DNA from: Trichosphaerium sp. ATCC 40318
Lineage: Eukaryota > Protista > Tubulinea
Length of the DNA stretch: 64,000 nt
Direction of reading: 5' to 3'
Assembly (NCBI GenBank): GCA_038496445.1
Contig: JALMLS010000450.1
Location: 204,603 to 268,602, forward strand
The translations under genes and the position numbers were made by a program. Below are positions 49,279 through 61,135 of this stretch, piece by piece (within the stretch, counting starts at the first letter, position 1; each line of letters opens with the position of its first letter). The notes under the pieces were generated by a model that worked only from the letters and a program-made list of their open reading frames with translations, was not told where the DNA came from and ran no database searches.

Positions 49279-50355
49279 ATGGAAGCCGTTAACACCAGTT
49301 TAACATCATTGACATTAAATACAACACTACTGGACGTTACAGACGACGGTATACTTGAAATCCTATCGAATTTAACGTACGATGAGCTTAGAGGCGTACA
49401 AATAGTTTCAAAGCGCTTCAGTACACTTGTACGAGTAGAAAGACGGCAGTACCCATCGCTACCTGAGCATTTAAGCATAAAGAGAGAAGGAACGGTCAAT
49501 AGACAAAAACTTTGCGTTAAAATAGAACCATTTAACAACAGCACGACATATACACTTCAAATAAGGCGTCAGCCGCACGTACATGATCGAGGCTATGATG
49601 ACTACTTTGAGGGGACCCACAAGGCTTATAAAGAACCTCGTGATATCGTCTTATCTCGTGACAAATGTGCCAAAGAAACAGAAGGTGGTTGCACATTTCT
49701 TGTTCCTGTTACTATCTATAAAGGCTTTATTGAGTTTACTTTGAATGTCTCTGTTGCATGTGAAAAGAATGGAAGGAAGCTATTGAGTAAAATACATAAC
49801 ATAGCATTACTATCGGACTTCTTTGATCCTGGATGCTTTGATGGAAACGCAAGAATTGCAATGTCAAATGATGGCGATACGAAAAAAGCTAAAGATATTC
49901 GTATTGGTGATAAAGTATTATCTTCTTCAGGAACAATGCAGACTGTTGTTCATGTTGACGCTATTCGCAGGAACGTAAAGAAACGTATGGTAAAGCTTGG
50001 AGACTTTTGGATAACAAGAGGACACCCCGTGCTAATCAGAGGAGAGTGGTACGCTTTGGTTACAAACATAGAGCAAACACAGTTGAAAATCAATAACAAC
50101 CTAATTACTAGGTACCGGCCTGATGAACTAAAGGATGATGTTCTACGCATATCTGATGGCTTGTATAACTTTGTTTTGGATGACGAACATACCATACTAG
50201 TTGGAGAACAAGAAGTATACACGTGTTGTACTTTGGGAAAGTACTGTGGTGAAAGGCTTGAACAATTACATCCTCAACAAAACGAAAAGTATGGAGCTAG
50301 CATTCTAAAAGTAAACTATGAACATCAGAAAAGGAATAGAAAGGTTGAATACTGA
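49279..50355 (+). CDS. F-box protein with C-terminal Hint (Vint-type) autoprocessing domain; one in-frame 63-nt intron (50049-50111)
   Basis: F-box: LLDVTDDGILEILSNLTYDELRGVQIVSKRFSTL. Hint block A: PG/CFDGNARIAMS...KAKDIRIGDKV. Block B: WITRGHPV. Vint C-terminal motif: LYNFVLDDEHTILV...CCTLG. Confidence 0.8.
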   Translation: MEAVNTSLTSLTLNTTLLDVTDDGILEILSNLTYDELRGVQIVSKRFSTLVRVERRQYPSLPEHLSIKREGTVNRQKLCVKIEPFNNSTTYTLQIRRQPHVHDRGYDDYFEGTHKAYKEPRDIVLSRDKCAKETEGGCTFLVPVTIYKGFIEFTLNVSVACEKNGRKLLSKIHNIALLSDFFDPGCFDGNARIAMSNDGDTKKAKDIRIGDKVLSSSGTMQTVVHVDAIRRNVKKRMVKLGDFWITRGHPVLIRGEWYALVTNIEQTQLKINNNLITRYRPDELKDDVLRISDGLYNFVLDDEHTILVGEQEVYTCCTLGKYCGERLEQLHPQQNEKYGASILKVNYEHQKRNRKVEY

Positions 50356-50875
50356 TAAACAATTCCGTATAACCTTTTTCATAAGAAGATTGCTATTCTG
50401 TCGATTCACGTGATTCTTTTTGACAACTCAAACAAGAACCCAATCTACTGACATTTATTTTTTCACTAAATCTCTTTGTACAAAATGCATAGAGCAATAA
50501 CATCAGCTTGTGTACAGTGTACCACTGTCTCTATAAAAAATAGCCTTTTTAAAGTGGAATACTGAAAATCTTGTAAGCGCGTTTCTACCGACTACAAACA
50601 CAAAAATTATTTTATAACCTTGTTCGCACAACTACTACTCCTTCAGGGACGTAGTAAAAATAAAGACCAATGAAAGAAAAAAGGACACTTAACATGACAA
50701 GTGGCAAAGTAGTGAAAAATGGCGATAATTGACAAGTTTTACGAGATTTCCTCTAAGTTCAGTTCAATATCCTAAAGATAAAACGTACTTGGTGATCAAA
50801 TCCAGAAATTCTAAATTGTCAACTTTACAAGGTTATTGAGGTATGATATTGGTGTATTTACTAGATACATCTGTT

Positions 50876-53800
50876 TTAAGCAACATTTATAAGTATAGGG
50901 GATGCATTCACAGTTATGGTCCATGAGTTACCGTTTGCAGTGAACAACTATTAAAACTGTATTAGAAATCACAAAAAAAACTCTAGCTTACATTTGCGAC
51001 TTTTTCTACACCTGCTTCTGTTCCTAAAAACTTCCATGCGAAAGTCTCTTGTGCGTTAATATTAGGAATTGTAACTTGCACTTTTTGTTGCGTTGCAGAG
51101 TTTCCATCTATAGGCAACCAAGCGACAATAAAAGTTGGTTTTTCTTTGTCAAAAAGTTAGTTGCATTCAGAGTCATGTAGTTAGTTCATACGTTGTGCGT
51201 CTCCAAGCAAATATATGTAAGCGTCTTCATCTTGTTTTACAACATCTAAAAAGTGCATATCACCTACAAGTCCGAGGAGAGCCTTTAAAGTACGTAAGAA
51301 AGAACAATCAACAAGAAGTACCTTAAAATTGTAATAAACCATTTTTTTCTTGTAATTGACTTCAGGAGAACCAGTTACACCACTCCTGCAGAAAAGAGTA
51401 GAACATCCTTTGGAGTTGGCGTAGAAAAACCAAAAGGCTTTATCGATTCCTTCACGTGCAGCCATAAACAACCCACGCACTATCGACAAACTTAGTGTTG
51501 AACAAAACCCAGCATCGAAAATAACTTACAACCGTAGACTGAAGAAGCCAACTCACTAACACATGAGTCATGATACCTATCAGGAACACAATACTCTCCA
51601 ACACCGTCAGAGTCATAACTAAGAAGCTGTTGTTAGTCATAAAAACGCGTGATTGACGATTATTCGTACCCCCACTCTGTAAGGTACACTGGCTTTCCTG
51701 GGAAGTTAACATCTCTGTAAGTGAGCATATTTCGAATTGCGTTAAAGTCGGATAGCCTAGCAATATTAGAAAAGCACGTGATTGTTTATTTTTCCTTGAA
51801 ATAGTTAAAAAGCGTACGGATCCTCTGGCATTGTTGCGACAAGAACATTTGTGCCGTTTCTGTAAGCAGAGTAAGCGTGAATATTTAGTCCATCTATGTA
51901 TGGAGCGTTAACTTCTGTAATACGTCCACCAACATAGTTTCCGCCCTGTAGGTATTTAATTTCAAGGTACTCAAATGTAGTCGTACAGTGAGAGGATCAG
52001 GATCTGGGAATGTGGCTTGCAGTGCACATGGGAATACTTGGAAATCAGAATCAGCGTCCTTAGCTCCTTTCGCCATACCACTGTCAAAAATAGTTAGAAG
52101 TGGTTGCAAGTTGCTTCAGTTTGGTTTTCGGTTCACCTTAATATTTTGGTGTAAAAGTCTGCTGGATACTTCCAAGGTTCGTTACCAACTATGGATGGAA
52201 ACTGTTATTTTAATATGAATATAATAGGTTTCGTACCTTCTAAAGTTTTTACCAAACCTCTTCCCTTTCCAGACGCGTTTGGACCAAACCATTCTGAATA
52301 CGCTTTTCCTACAGTCAACAGTTGAGTATAGTACAACAAAAATCCCAGCTACCGTAATTGTAAGCGTCTTGATAAGCATCTGTCCACTTATCTACTGCTG
52401 TAGCTCCGGAATTTGCAAACTGAATTGACGCCTCAACCGAAATACCAGCAGCCTGTTGCGAACATGTGATTATGTTAAGAATGTAGTGTTCAGACGTACG
52501 TTCCAAGCTCCATATTCTGTATCCCAGTTTAGCCATGAAAGTGATTCGGTACCATGACCTTCTGACATGTTTTTGTAGTTTGGGATGTGGTCGGGACTTG
52601 GAAAAGCACTAAGTCTAATGTCGTTGACAATGCACTTACGTTTTTACGTCCCACAACAAGTTGTGATAATTTCTTGCACTTGGAGCAACTGGAGCGTATA
52701 GAAGAGGTCCCATGGAATCATTTTTGAGGTTAGAAGAATCATAACCTGTGCCCCATCCCCAAATACCTAACGACAACAATAAGCTAAATAAATTATTGAA
52801 GACCACATTTCCGTGATGACGAACCGTTGATGCCTGCCAATGTATGGAAGTTGTTTGGGTTAAAAACTGGTTTTCTTGGAGCACCATAAGGACCATATTT
52901 ATCATACGCATTGATGACTTGAACAACTACTTTTTCGTATGGTTTTTCTACAATTTGTTTGATTGCTATTATCCGTGCGTTTACAGTCTTGCCCTACCAC
53001 GAGAATTTAAAAAATACAGTTTAAACAGGATAATTAGGGTACCAAGATGTAATCCACTTTCGGTTGAGTGTTTGGCTTCAAAGGTAATATGACTGAAAGA
53101 TCATCAATAGAAGATCCTGCCAATACATTTATTGAGCTAGCGCCGCTGAAAACACGAAGAGAAAGCCATCCTATGTCCATTGATTTACCCAAATCAACAG
53201 TCTAAGAAAAGAATAAGAACAGGTATTTCAATCATTTGTGTTGCACAAAAACTATCGTACAATTTGTTCGTAGCATTGCTGGTTAGTTACTGATACTTGG
53301 TTAAGTCCTAATTTCCCTGTAGAATTGACAACGAATCCTTTAACATTTGATAACATTGGCGTTATCATTATAAACTTGTAGCTTTCAGCAGATGTGTATG
53401 TTTTAAGGAGTGTGTTAGTTCCATCTTCCATAATAGCGTAAGCCGTGGCATCACCATTGAATGTGCCTGTTATAGAGTTATAGAAGTTCAGAAGTAAGTT
53501 ATACAAGAAAAAGGGGCTCAGGCAGGTACCTCTAAGCGCAAAGTCATGGACCATTGTTGGCGCCTTTAAAGTGACTTCAAAAGAAGCAACACCATCAACA
53601 ACGTTAATAGTTGTGCTAGTATACGCCACATTGCCGTCAGTAATTGTAGTAAGATTTGCGGATTTATCAGGGGACGAGCACTAAAGAAATAATTTAACAC
53701 GAAGTTTTTTGTCCAATTGTTTTGTGAACGAAAAATAAGATACACTTTTGGAGTGGGTAATTGTAGGCTCAAAAACACGTGACAGAAAAGTTTTCCACGT

Positions 53801-54206
53801 GATTTTCGGCGAGTTAAAACATTACGTACTTGGCTTTCAGCACATAGATTTAGAAGCGGGTTGATATCTGTTCTGACAACAAAGCCAGAAGGCAAACAAG
53901 ACCCACTTTCCCATTCTAAAAAACATTTCATAAATAAACTACAACAACTGCCGAAATTATATGATGCTACCACGTGCCTGTACTTATATTATCATCTAAT
54001 ACATTTTTTGGAACGTTTACAGTATTTAAAACTGACGTTGCTACAAAAACGGCCAATTAATAACACTGTTTTAAATTGTAAGGTTTATTTGTTTAAGACG
54101 TACCAGTCGCGGTTGCTTTTGAAGTGTATGAAGGGATCAACCCTGCATTCTCGTCAAAGGCACTAACAGATACTAAAAAAGCTATAATCAACACAATTAT
54201 ATGCAT
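50876..54206 (-). CDS. Secreted clan GH-A glycoside hydrolase with N-terminal discoidin/CBM-like beta-sandwich domains, multi-exon
   Basis: Signal peptide MHIIVLIIAFLVSVSA. NVLDDNISTEWES is F5/8-type-C-like. Acid/base motif VGNEPW, then GLNIHAY, nucleophile motif KPVYLTEWGY, and KAFWFFY. Confidence 0.75.
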
Positions 54207-54515
54207 TTGGTGGATGCTGTGGTGTTGTGACGTATAAATGAAAAGTTTTCACATGACGTGTACATTTTATTGTGAACCGTGTACACCACAGTGGATCACG
54301 GTGGCGAGTGTTTACTAATATTGGTAGAGAGATAAAACACTTTACGACAATTGTGACGTCCAACACAAGAATGAGCATAGAAGAAAGAAGTGACCATAAG
54401 AAAGTACGAAGTGACAAATTGCAAAAAAATATCAACAGGTACAAAAAGATGCGGACATACAGATGTTACATTATTTTCTAGCAAAGCGTGAAGGAAATTT
54501 AGCATAGATTGTTTT

Positions 54516-57063
54516 TTATTGAGAGTTTGTAACATCCATACAATCACAAGCAGGTCCCCAAAGTCCACAATACTCACAAGGATCACCACTACCAGAAACA
54601 ACATATTCAAACTCTTCGATTAGCTTCTTGTAGTTTGCTTTCTTTGCGCACAAAATACTGTGTGTCCAAGTGCGTGGTGTTGATTTGCCTCGAAGAGCAA
54701 GAAGTTGATTTCGTAACTTAAGCTCCCTTTTTTTGTTTCTTGGCTTCTTTGTTGCCGTTTCCAGCCAGCTGGTATAAGCTCTGTCTATAGATAGTTGTAC
54801 CTCAGGATCGGTGATGTGTAGATACGCCATGACATAGACCAAGTTGAGCAAGTCGTCCGAAGGGCGATACTTGTGTATCGCGTCTGGCTTGAAATTTTGC
54901 AGAAGTTTGAAATCAGCAAACTTTAGCCCTCCTTCAATAGTCACCGGCGCACCAGTCTTTACAGATGATCCCCAATCTATCAGGAGAGGCTCATTTGTAT
55001 CACCGTTAATAACAATATTAGATACCGAAATATCTCTAAGAAAATAGTAAGAATACGAAAGGATCACGTGATAAAAAAACAGTTAAAAAAAGTAAAAAGT
55101 AAAACGTGCCTATGTATTATCTCGAGGCTATGTGCTGTCTTTAGTATTTTCACTATACCGGCAAAGAACTGTGGCACGTCATTAATGTCTCTAATACGGC
55201 GTATTTTAACGCCAACTGGTTCTGTGATAATAATAGTTGGCGTGTACTGTACCTGTAACAACACGTTATTATTATGCGAGGTTAAGACCTTTAAAAGAAA
55301 AACAAAGAGCGTACCAACTGAGGAACACCGTCTGAACCTGCTAATTTCTTTAAGGACTTAACCTCACTATTTATGGCATCTCTATGGCTATCAGCAGTTT
55401 CACCAAAGTCCTTGACAGCGACTAAGACTCTCTTGTCACCTCGCTTAATAGGTACACCGTAAACAGTTGCAGTTGCGCCAATACCCAAAATGTTGTGAGC
55501 AATACACATTTCATTGTCGATCTCAAACGATCTAACGTCATGCCCCAAAGCTTCTGGACTCTGAGATAGTAAACCGAACAGAACTCTGCCTCCTTGACCT
55601 CTTAGGTTGTATGGGCCACAGCGATAATACTTCTGTTTGGTAGGATCTTCAAGATCCATAGCCAACTTGAGAACCATAATTTTTTCGTAATTCATAAGAA
55701 TTCCGTAAGCCACCTTTCTCGTTTTTTGAACAAGCATGACTTGGTTCATGTAGTACCATGTCTGGCCAACATGCTCTTCTGTAAAGTCACCAGCTATATA
55801 ATCAATAAGCACCAAGAATAAGAAAAAAAAACGAAAAAACTAAGAAAGAAAAAACAAGAGAAAACGTACACCCTTTCTTCATCTCCCAGATAGCTATCAA
55901 GTGGTATATCTTCATAGTGTTTTTGTCATTTATAACAACCGAGTTTGGAAGAACAGACAAATCAGGCTTTGTTTTCTTGCCATCAGCGCCTGGACCTTTC
56001 AAAATCATATTGTGGGTGTTGTATACGCGTAAGTGTTGGAACACAATCTTTTCAACAAATGCACCGACTGCATTAGTATAGTGGTCTTCATTTTTCCAAT
56101 CAGTCTCTAGTAACTGCAAAAAACCATCTGGAATAGCTACTTCAGGAAATTCAAACAACAGCCGAAGCATTTTATCCCATATCAGCCTACCAAGCTGTTC
56201 GTATGCTAAAAAACATCAGTTATTTTTTCAAAAAAAAAAAAAAAAAGGAAACGCCACAACGGAAAGAAATTGATTGATTGAGAAATATAAAAGATCAATT
56301 TTCAAACAAAAGGATTACTATAAAACAGATGAGGAAACGTCTGGAGTATTAGAGTTTTAGCTTAAGCGATAGTTTGTCATTTCAACAAAAAAAAAAGAGG
56401 GAAAAAGAAAAAGAAAAGGAAAATCACTCAAATGTTAACGTACAATGATATGTAAGACGTGTACACGTCAAATCTCGACCATAACTAGCCAAGCGTATAT
56501 ACAGCATGAGTAAGTTAATATTCATGTAAGTAATCTTTTCAGAATTCTCTCGCTGTGTTTTTTCCGCTGTTTTCTTATACCGCTTGAACGAAGTATCAAT
56601 CTGTTTAATATGTAGGTCTCTCTTTAGACCACGCTTTACTATATCAGCGTTTTGTTTTTTAATTTGTTTGTTTTCTTCTTTGAGCTCCTTTTCGAGCCCC
56701 TCGATCTTGTTTACTCTATCCATGAGCCTTTTAAAGTCCTGAGACTCATTCGCTAGCTGATCATTTACCCTCAACCCCCGTTGTTTTGGGGTCTCGCTTG
56801 TTGGGTCTATGAGAGCAAGTTAACAAAAAAAGTTTTTCACAAACTGGTTTGAAAAGATAAAAAATGTTGAATTTCTCTTTGAGGTTGGAAAGTGGTACAA
56901 AGTATAGATACACATCTATGTACGTACGCGTTATACTGTATATAGCGTCTATAAGCGGCCCTTTGTTCAGTTTGTAGTACTTGTGAATACGTAGACTACT
57001 TGCCATCTGCTTCAGGGCGTCCATTTTGAACTTCCACAAGTCGGCTCTTTCGTATACTGACAT
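54516..57063 (-). CDS. Crinkler/CR-like effector, copy 2 (same architecture as 45009-47442)
   Basis: ALKQMASSLRIHKYYKLNKGPLIDAI; KPDLSVL...IWEMK; LGIGATATVY, VAVKD, IIHRDISVSNI, LIDWG, DDLLNLVY; CEYCGLWGPACDC. Intron positions largely match copy 1. Confidence 0.75.
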
Positions 57064-58622
57064 TTTTGATGATTAGTTGCGTTGGTGCTGTGGATTGAGA
57101 AATTATGGTTTTTTCATCAAGATTTACAGGAGATAAACATCAGATTTCACGTACGTTTGATGTCATCGACACTATCAGAGTCGCTCATTGTACCTTGGTA
57201 CAAATAGTTAATCACTGAACTTTTCTCTTTTCTCAAAGTGAAAGGAGTTTAGGAATTCCCACAAGCTTTCTATCACCAAACAGAACCCGATGGGTAACAC
57301 AAAAATGTAATCCTATACCTCACAATAAAACGCATGAACTATCTGTATCCAGATAAGAAAATAAAGCGGGAGATAACCACAAAGATGATAGTTTTACTAT
57401 GAGTATAAGAGTATTCTGAACCGTTAACGGTTTATCGGACTTTCTCTTAATTTGTACACAATTTGTTGCGCTTTATTTACTCTTACACTCTCATTAAACT
57501 CAATACACTGGTGTAAATACCTGTGATGGTCTCGTAAGTACGTATTTCAGCGATTTGAAGCTCCGAAAAAAAAAAGTAGCTTTGAGAGGAAAGTTTTCAC
57601 TGTAAAAAGACGTTAACGAGGTCAAACAGTAATTGTTGTCATTCAACCAAACAAGTTTAAAATTTATACACAAAATACACGTTCAGATCAATTTTACGGT
57701 TTCGTCATAGCAAAAAACTTCGGTGTAGAGAGCGGCAGTAGTAACATCAAGTGTAAAGTTAAAAGTTAAATGTTACGAAGATTGATAAAAATCAGCTGAC
57801 AAAGTGGTTCAAAATTTGAAACAGGGATTGAAGGACATGAAAGGATCATTGTAATAAGTAAAACCAAATAAAGCGGACTTTTTCCCAAAAAGCACTAAAA
57901 TCTCAATTTGTTCAAGAATCTTTACGCTTTTGGTGTTTTGTTGGTACCAAAAAGGAAACTGACGGTTTACGCCCACAGCACCGATTCTTTCGAGCAATAC
58001 TGTTCAATGTACCTGACCAAACCATACGCGAGCATAAAAGAGCACAGTTTTTCGAACACGAGCGGTACAATGTTGTTACTCGATGAAACGAAAAAGCTAC
58101 GTATTTGTACTTCGTAAATGACCACAACGGTTTACGAAAAAAAAGCAGAGTTGATAATGCCTTTGATGTTTTAAAACTGGTGACTTCAAGAAAAACGCTT
58201 TTGTGGGATTCAAACTCCATTTCACAACGTCTTACTACTACGTACCTTATTTATACAATAACCAATGCCCATAGATGTATTTGGTTGATGATAAAGGAAG
58301 AATAAACTATTCGCCGTTAAAACTATTTCTGGCATTAGTATTCGGCGTTTATATCGCTATCCAACCGTTTTTATTGCGTATACTTGCCTTTTCGGTATAC
58401 AATCTATAAAAACTGTACTAAATCTAATTAACCTGCGAAAAACATAAGCACTCACGCGTAGGTAAACTAAAAACGCGTAAAAAACGTTTTGGCGGGTTTT
58501 TTTGTCAATTATGTTACCATACGAACTAGAAACGTCTACTTTATACTTCTTAACACTTGGCGTAAGCGTTGGTAATAATGATAGTGTTGTGCGTACAAAC
58601 ATAAGCAATGTTTCCTTAAAAC
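57061..58622. repeat. Non-coding direct repeat, copy 2 (upstream of kinase copy 2)
   Basis: Matches 47440-48860. Confidence 0.9.
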
Positions 58623-58858
58623 AGTTAGTTAACTTCTTTTGCATGCCGCTCTCAACTAAGCTCTTTTGGCAACGGCATTGATGCCACCTCCTTCGCACTC
58701 ATCATTATTGCAACTGCAAGTGGTACACTCCATCGGTGTGTAATCAAACTGACAGTTCAAAATGTCAATTGGGATAGAATTGGTATGACATGTTGCTGCT
58801 AAAAATGGAAGAAAACCATAACTTGTGTTTTGATGTTACTTAAAACGTGTACTTACAA

Positions 58859-61135
58859 ATGACAGCATCTAACCGTCGTACTGACTTATTTTTAAACATT
58901 CCAGTACGTTACAGACCCAGAAAACACAAATTGCGTTACGTTCATCTAAACGCCGGTGATAGATACAACAAGCAATAGGGAGAAGTACTAGAGACCGTAA
59001 ATTGCTTATTGTTTTATTGCAAGGTAAGAATTAATAACATTGTCCTAACATCGCTGATAATCATAGATTCTACACAAAACAGCGTAAACCTAACAAATCT
59101 ATACAAATTCACTCTAAATAACACAAAAGTAAACCTATAGCCTCATTCTCGTCGAGAACCACACGAATGAACACACAGTACGGCGCTTATACATATATTA
59201 GGTTCAACACGTTCTAAAAGAGGAAGTGATTTCAATCATTCTGGAGCGTCAGTCACCTGACGGCGTAAAATGCTACCAAAAATGTACGGAGAAGCATCTA
59301 ACGGTTTTTTTATTTTTTTTTTTTCTGTTTTTTTTTTGACAAACAAGACGTCAATAGATACTCCTCGGTCTATGCCTTGTATGTACTTCTTCGCTAATGG
59401 TTCACCTATTATTTCTGTGCAAGGTACGTGTACAACAATCTTGTTTGATGGTAGCAGAAGGGCATCATCTTAGGATTACACCAAAAGTTAATTTTTTTAT
59501 AAGGAGCTATTACTGTCAAAAGATTTGAACTTCAGTACAATAAAGCCATCGCTAAATACCAGCAAATGAAACCTGTAACACCTATACAACCAATAAAGGA
59601 AGCAACTAAGGAAGTCAGTACACCAAGTAATAGAAAGCAAGCCGGTAAAAGACGCCCAAGAGTGCAACATGCATGGAACCAACAATCACCAAAAACAACA
59701 AAACAACGTACGTTGTTTCATGCTCTAATCTGACCTAATACTCCTTGTCAGCTACTACCAACAACAATAATGATAACAATGACGAATGGGCTACAGCAGG
59801 TACAAAGAAAAGAGTCAAAAAACGACCAACAGGCAACGGAGGATTTGTACGATTTCTTGATACGTGATGCTTTTTTATTAATTGGAAATACTTTTAGACA
59901 ATACCAGAGAACTTTAAACATACCCAAGATACTTCTTGTTATATCCACAGACAAAGACGAAGCATTGTTTATGTTTCAACTCAAGGTAACAACCGCAAAC
60001 ACTCTTCTTCCCTTCTTATAAAGTCAGGATGGTCCAAAGAACGATCACGTAACAACCAACCTAAAGAGCCTACAGATGCTTTACAACAAAAATGGAAACA
60101 GTACGATCACAGTCACTATACCAGAATAGAACCTAACAATACAATCCTGTAGAGAACAACTTGCACTCCTTAAACGTGTTAATTTAACGCCAACTAAAGC
60201 TGCTATAAAGCTTATAGGCGGACTTGATATATCTTTTCCAAAAGGAAATAAGGTAGATGCTTGTGTTACTCTAGTAGTTTGCGCAAACCCGTCAATGCAA
60301 GTGCGTGGTAGAATTCCTTGTCATGAAGCATTACTAACTGGTAAACAACAGGTCATTTTCGAAGGATATAAAATGTGTAAGTTAGATGCTCCGTACATAG
60401 CTGGGTTCCTAGCATTTAGAGAGGTACTCAAAACTTCTTATTAGAATTGAACATTTACAAGTTTTTCTTTGTTACCTACAAAATGTAGCTCGTATACTAG
60501 CCGTCATCAATTAAGCTTGATGTTTCTTAAGGCGTATTGTTGCTTCGATATGTAACTTTTGTTGTTGTAGATACCTGGATACTTATCCTTGATGAAAGAA
60601 GTAAAACGACTTTTTCCAAGATGTTATCCTGATATAATAATGGTTGATAGTAACGGCATCTTACATCCTAGAGGTACCAACATCCATACATATATGTCTA
60701 TAAAGTCAAACTAACAAGTCTCAAGGGTTTGGTGCAGCATGCCATTTGGGTGTACTATTAAATGAGCCTTGTATGGGTGTAGCAAAAGCTCTGCATGTCG
60801 TTGATGGATTAAATCACCAACACGTTGACAGTCTTCTTGAATCTGCTTATTATGATGGCAAGCATACAGCAATACTTAAAGGCAGATCAGGGAAAACTTA
60901 TGGCCATGTACAATCAACAAACTCAAGAAGCGAAGGATCTAACTCAATTTCGTAGGTATATCAACCCGCAACTGGAGAGCCTGTCTTTATATCTCCTGGG
61001 CATAAAATGTCAGTTCAAATGGCTACCTCACTAGCACTTCGTTCAACAAAGCGTGCAAGACAACCAGAGCCTGTTCACCTTGCAGATCTTTATGGTAGAG
61101 AATACTTAGCTCATACATATAAATCACGCCGGTAG
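58859..61135 (+). CDS. ENDOV: Endonuclease V with N-terminal UAS/thioredoxin-like domain, multi-exon
   Basis: EndoV motifs IGGLDISF, APYIAGFLAFRE, IIMVDSNGILHPRGFGAACHLG, GVAK, PVFISPGH, RQPEPVHLAD. Upstream in-frame exons IQQAIGRSTRDRKLLIVLL...KVQHVLKEEVISIIL...SPDG...MPCMYFF...GAIT resemble the UBXN4/UAS thioredoxin fold. Confidence 0.85.
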
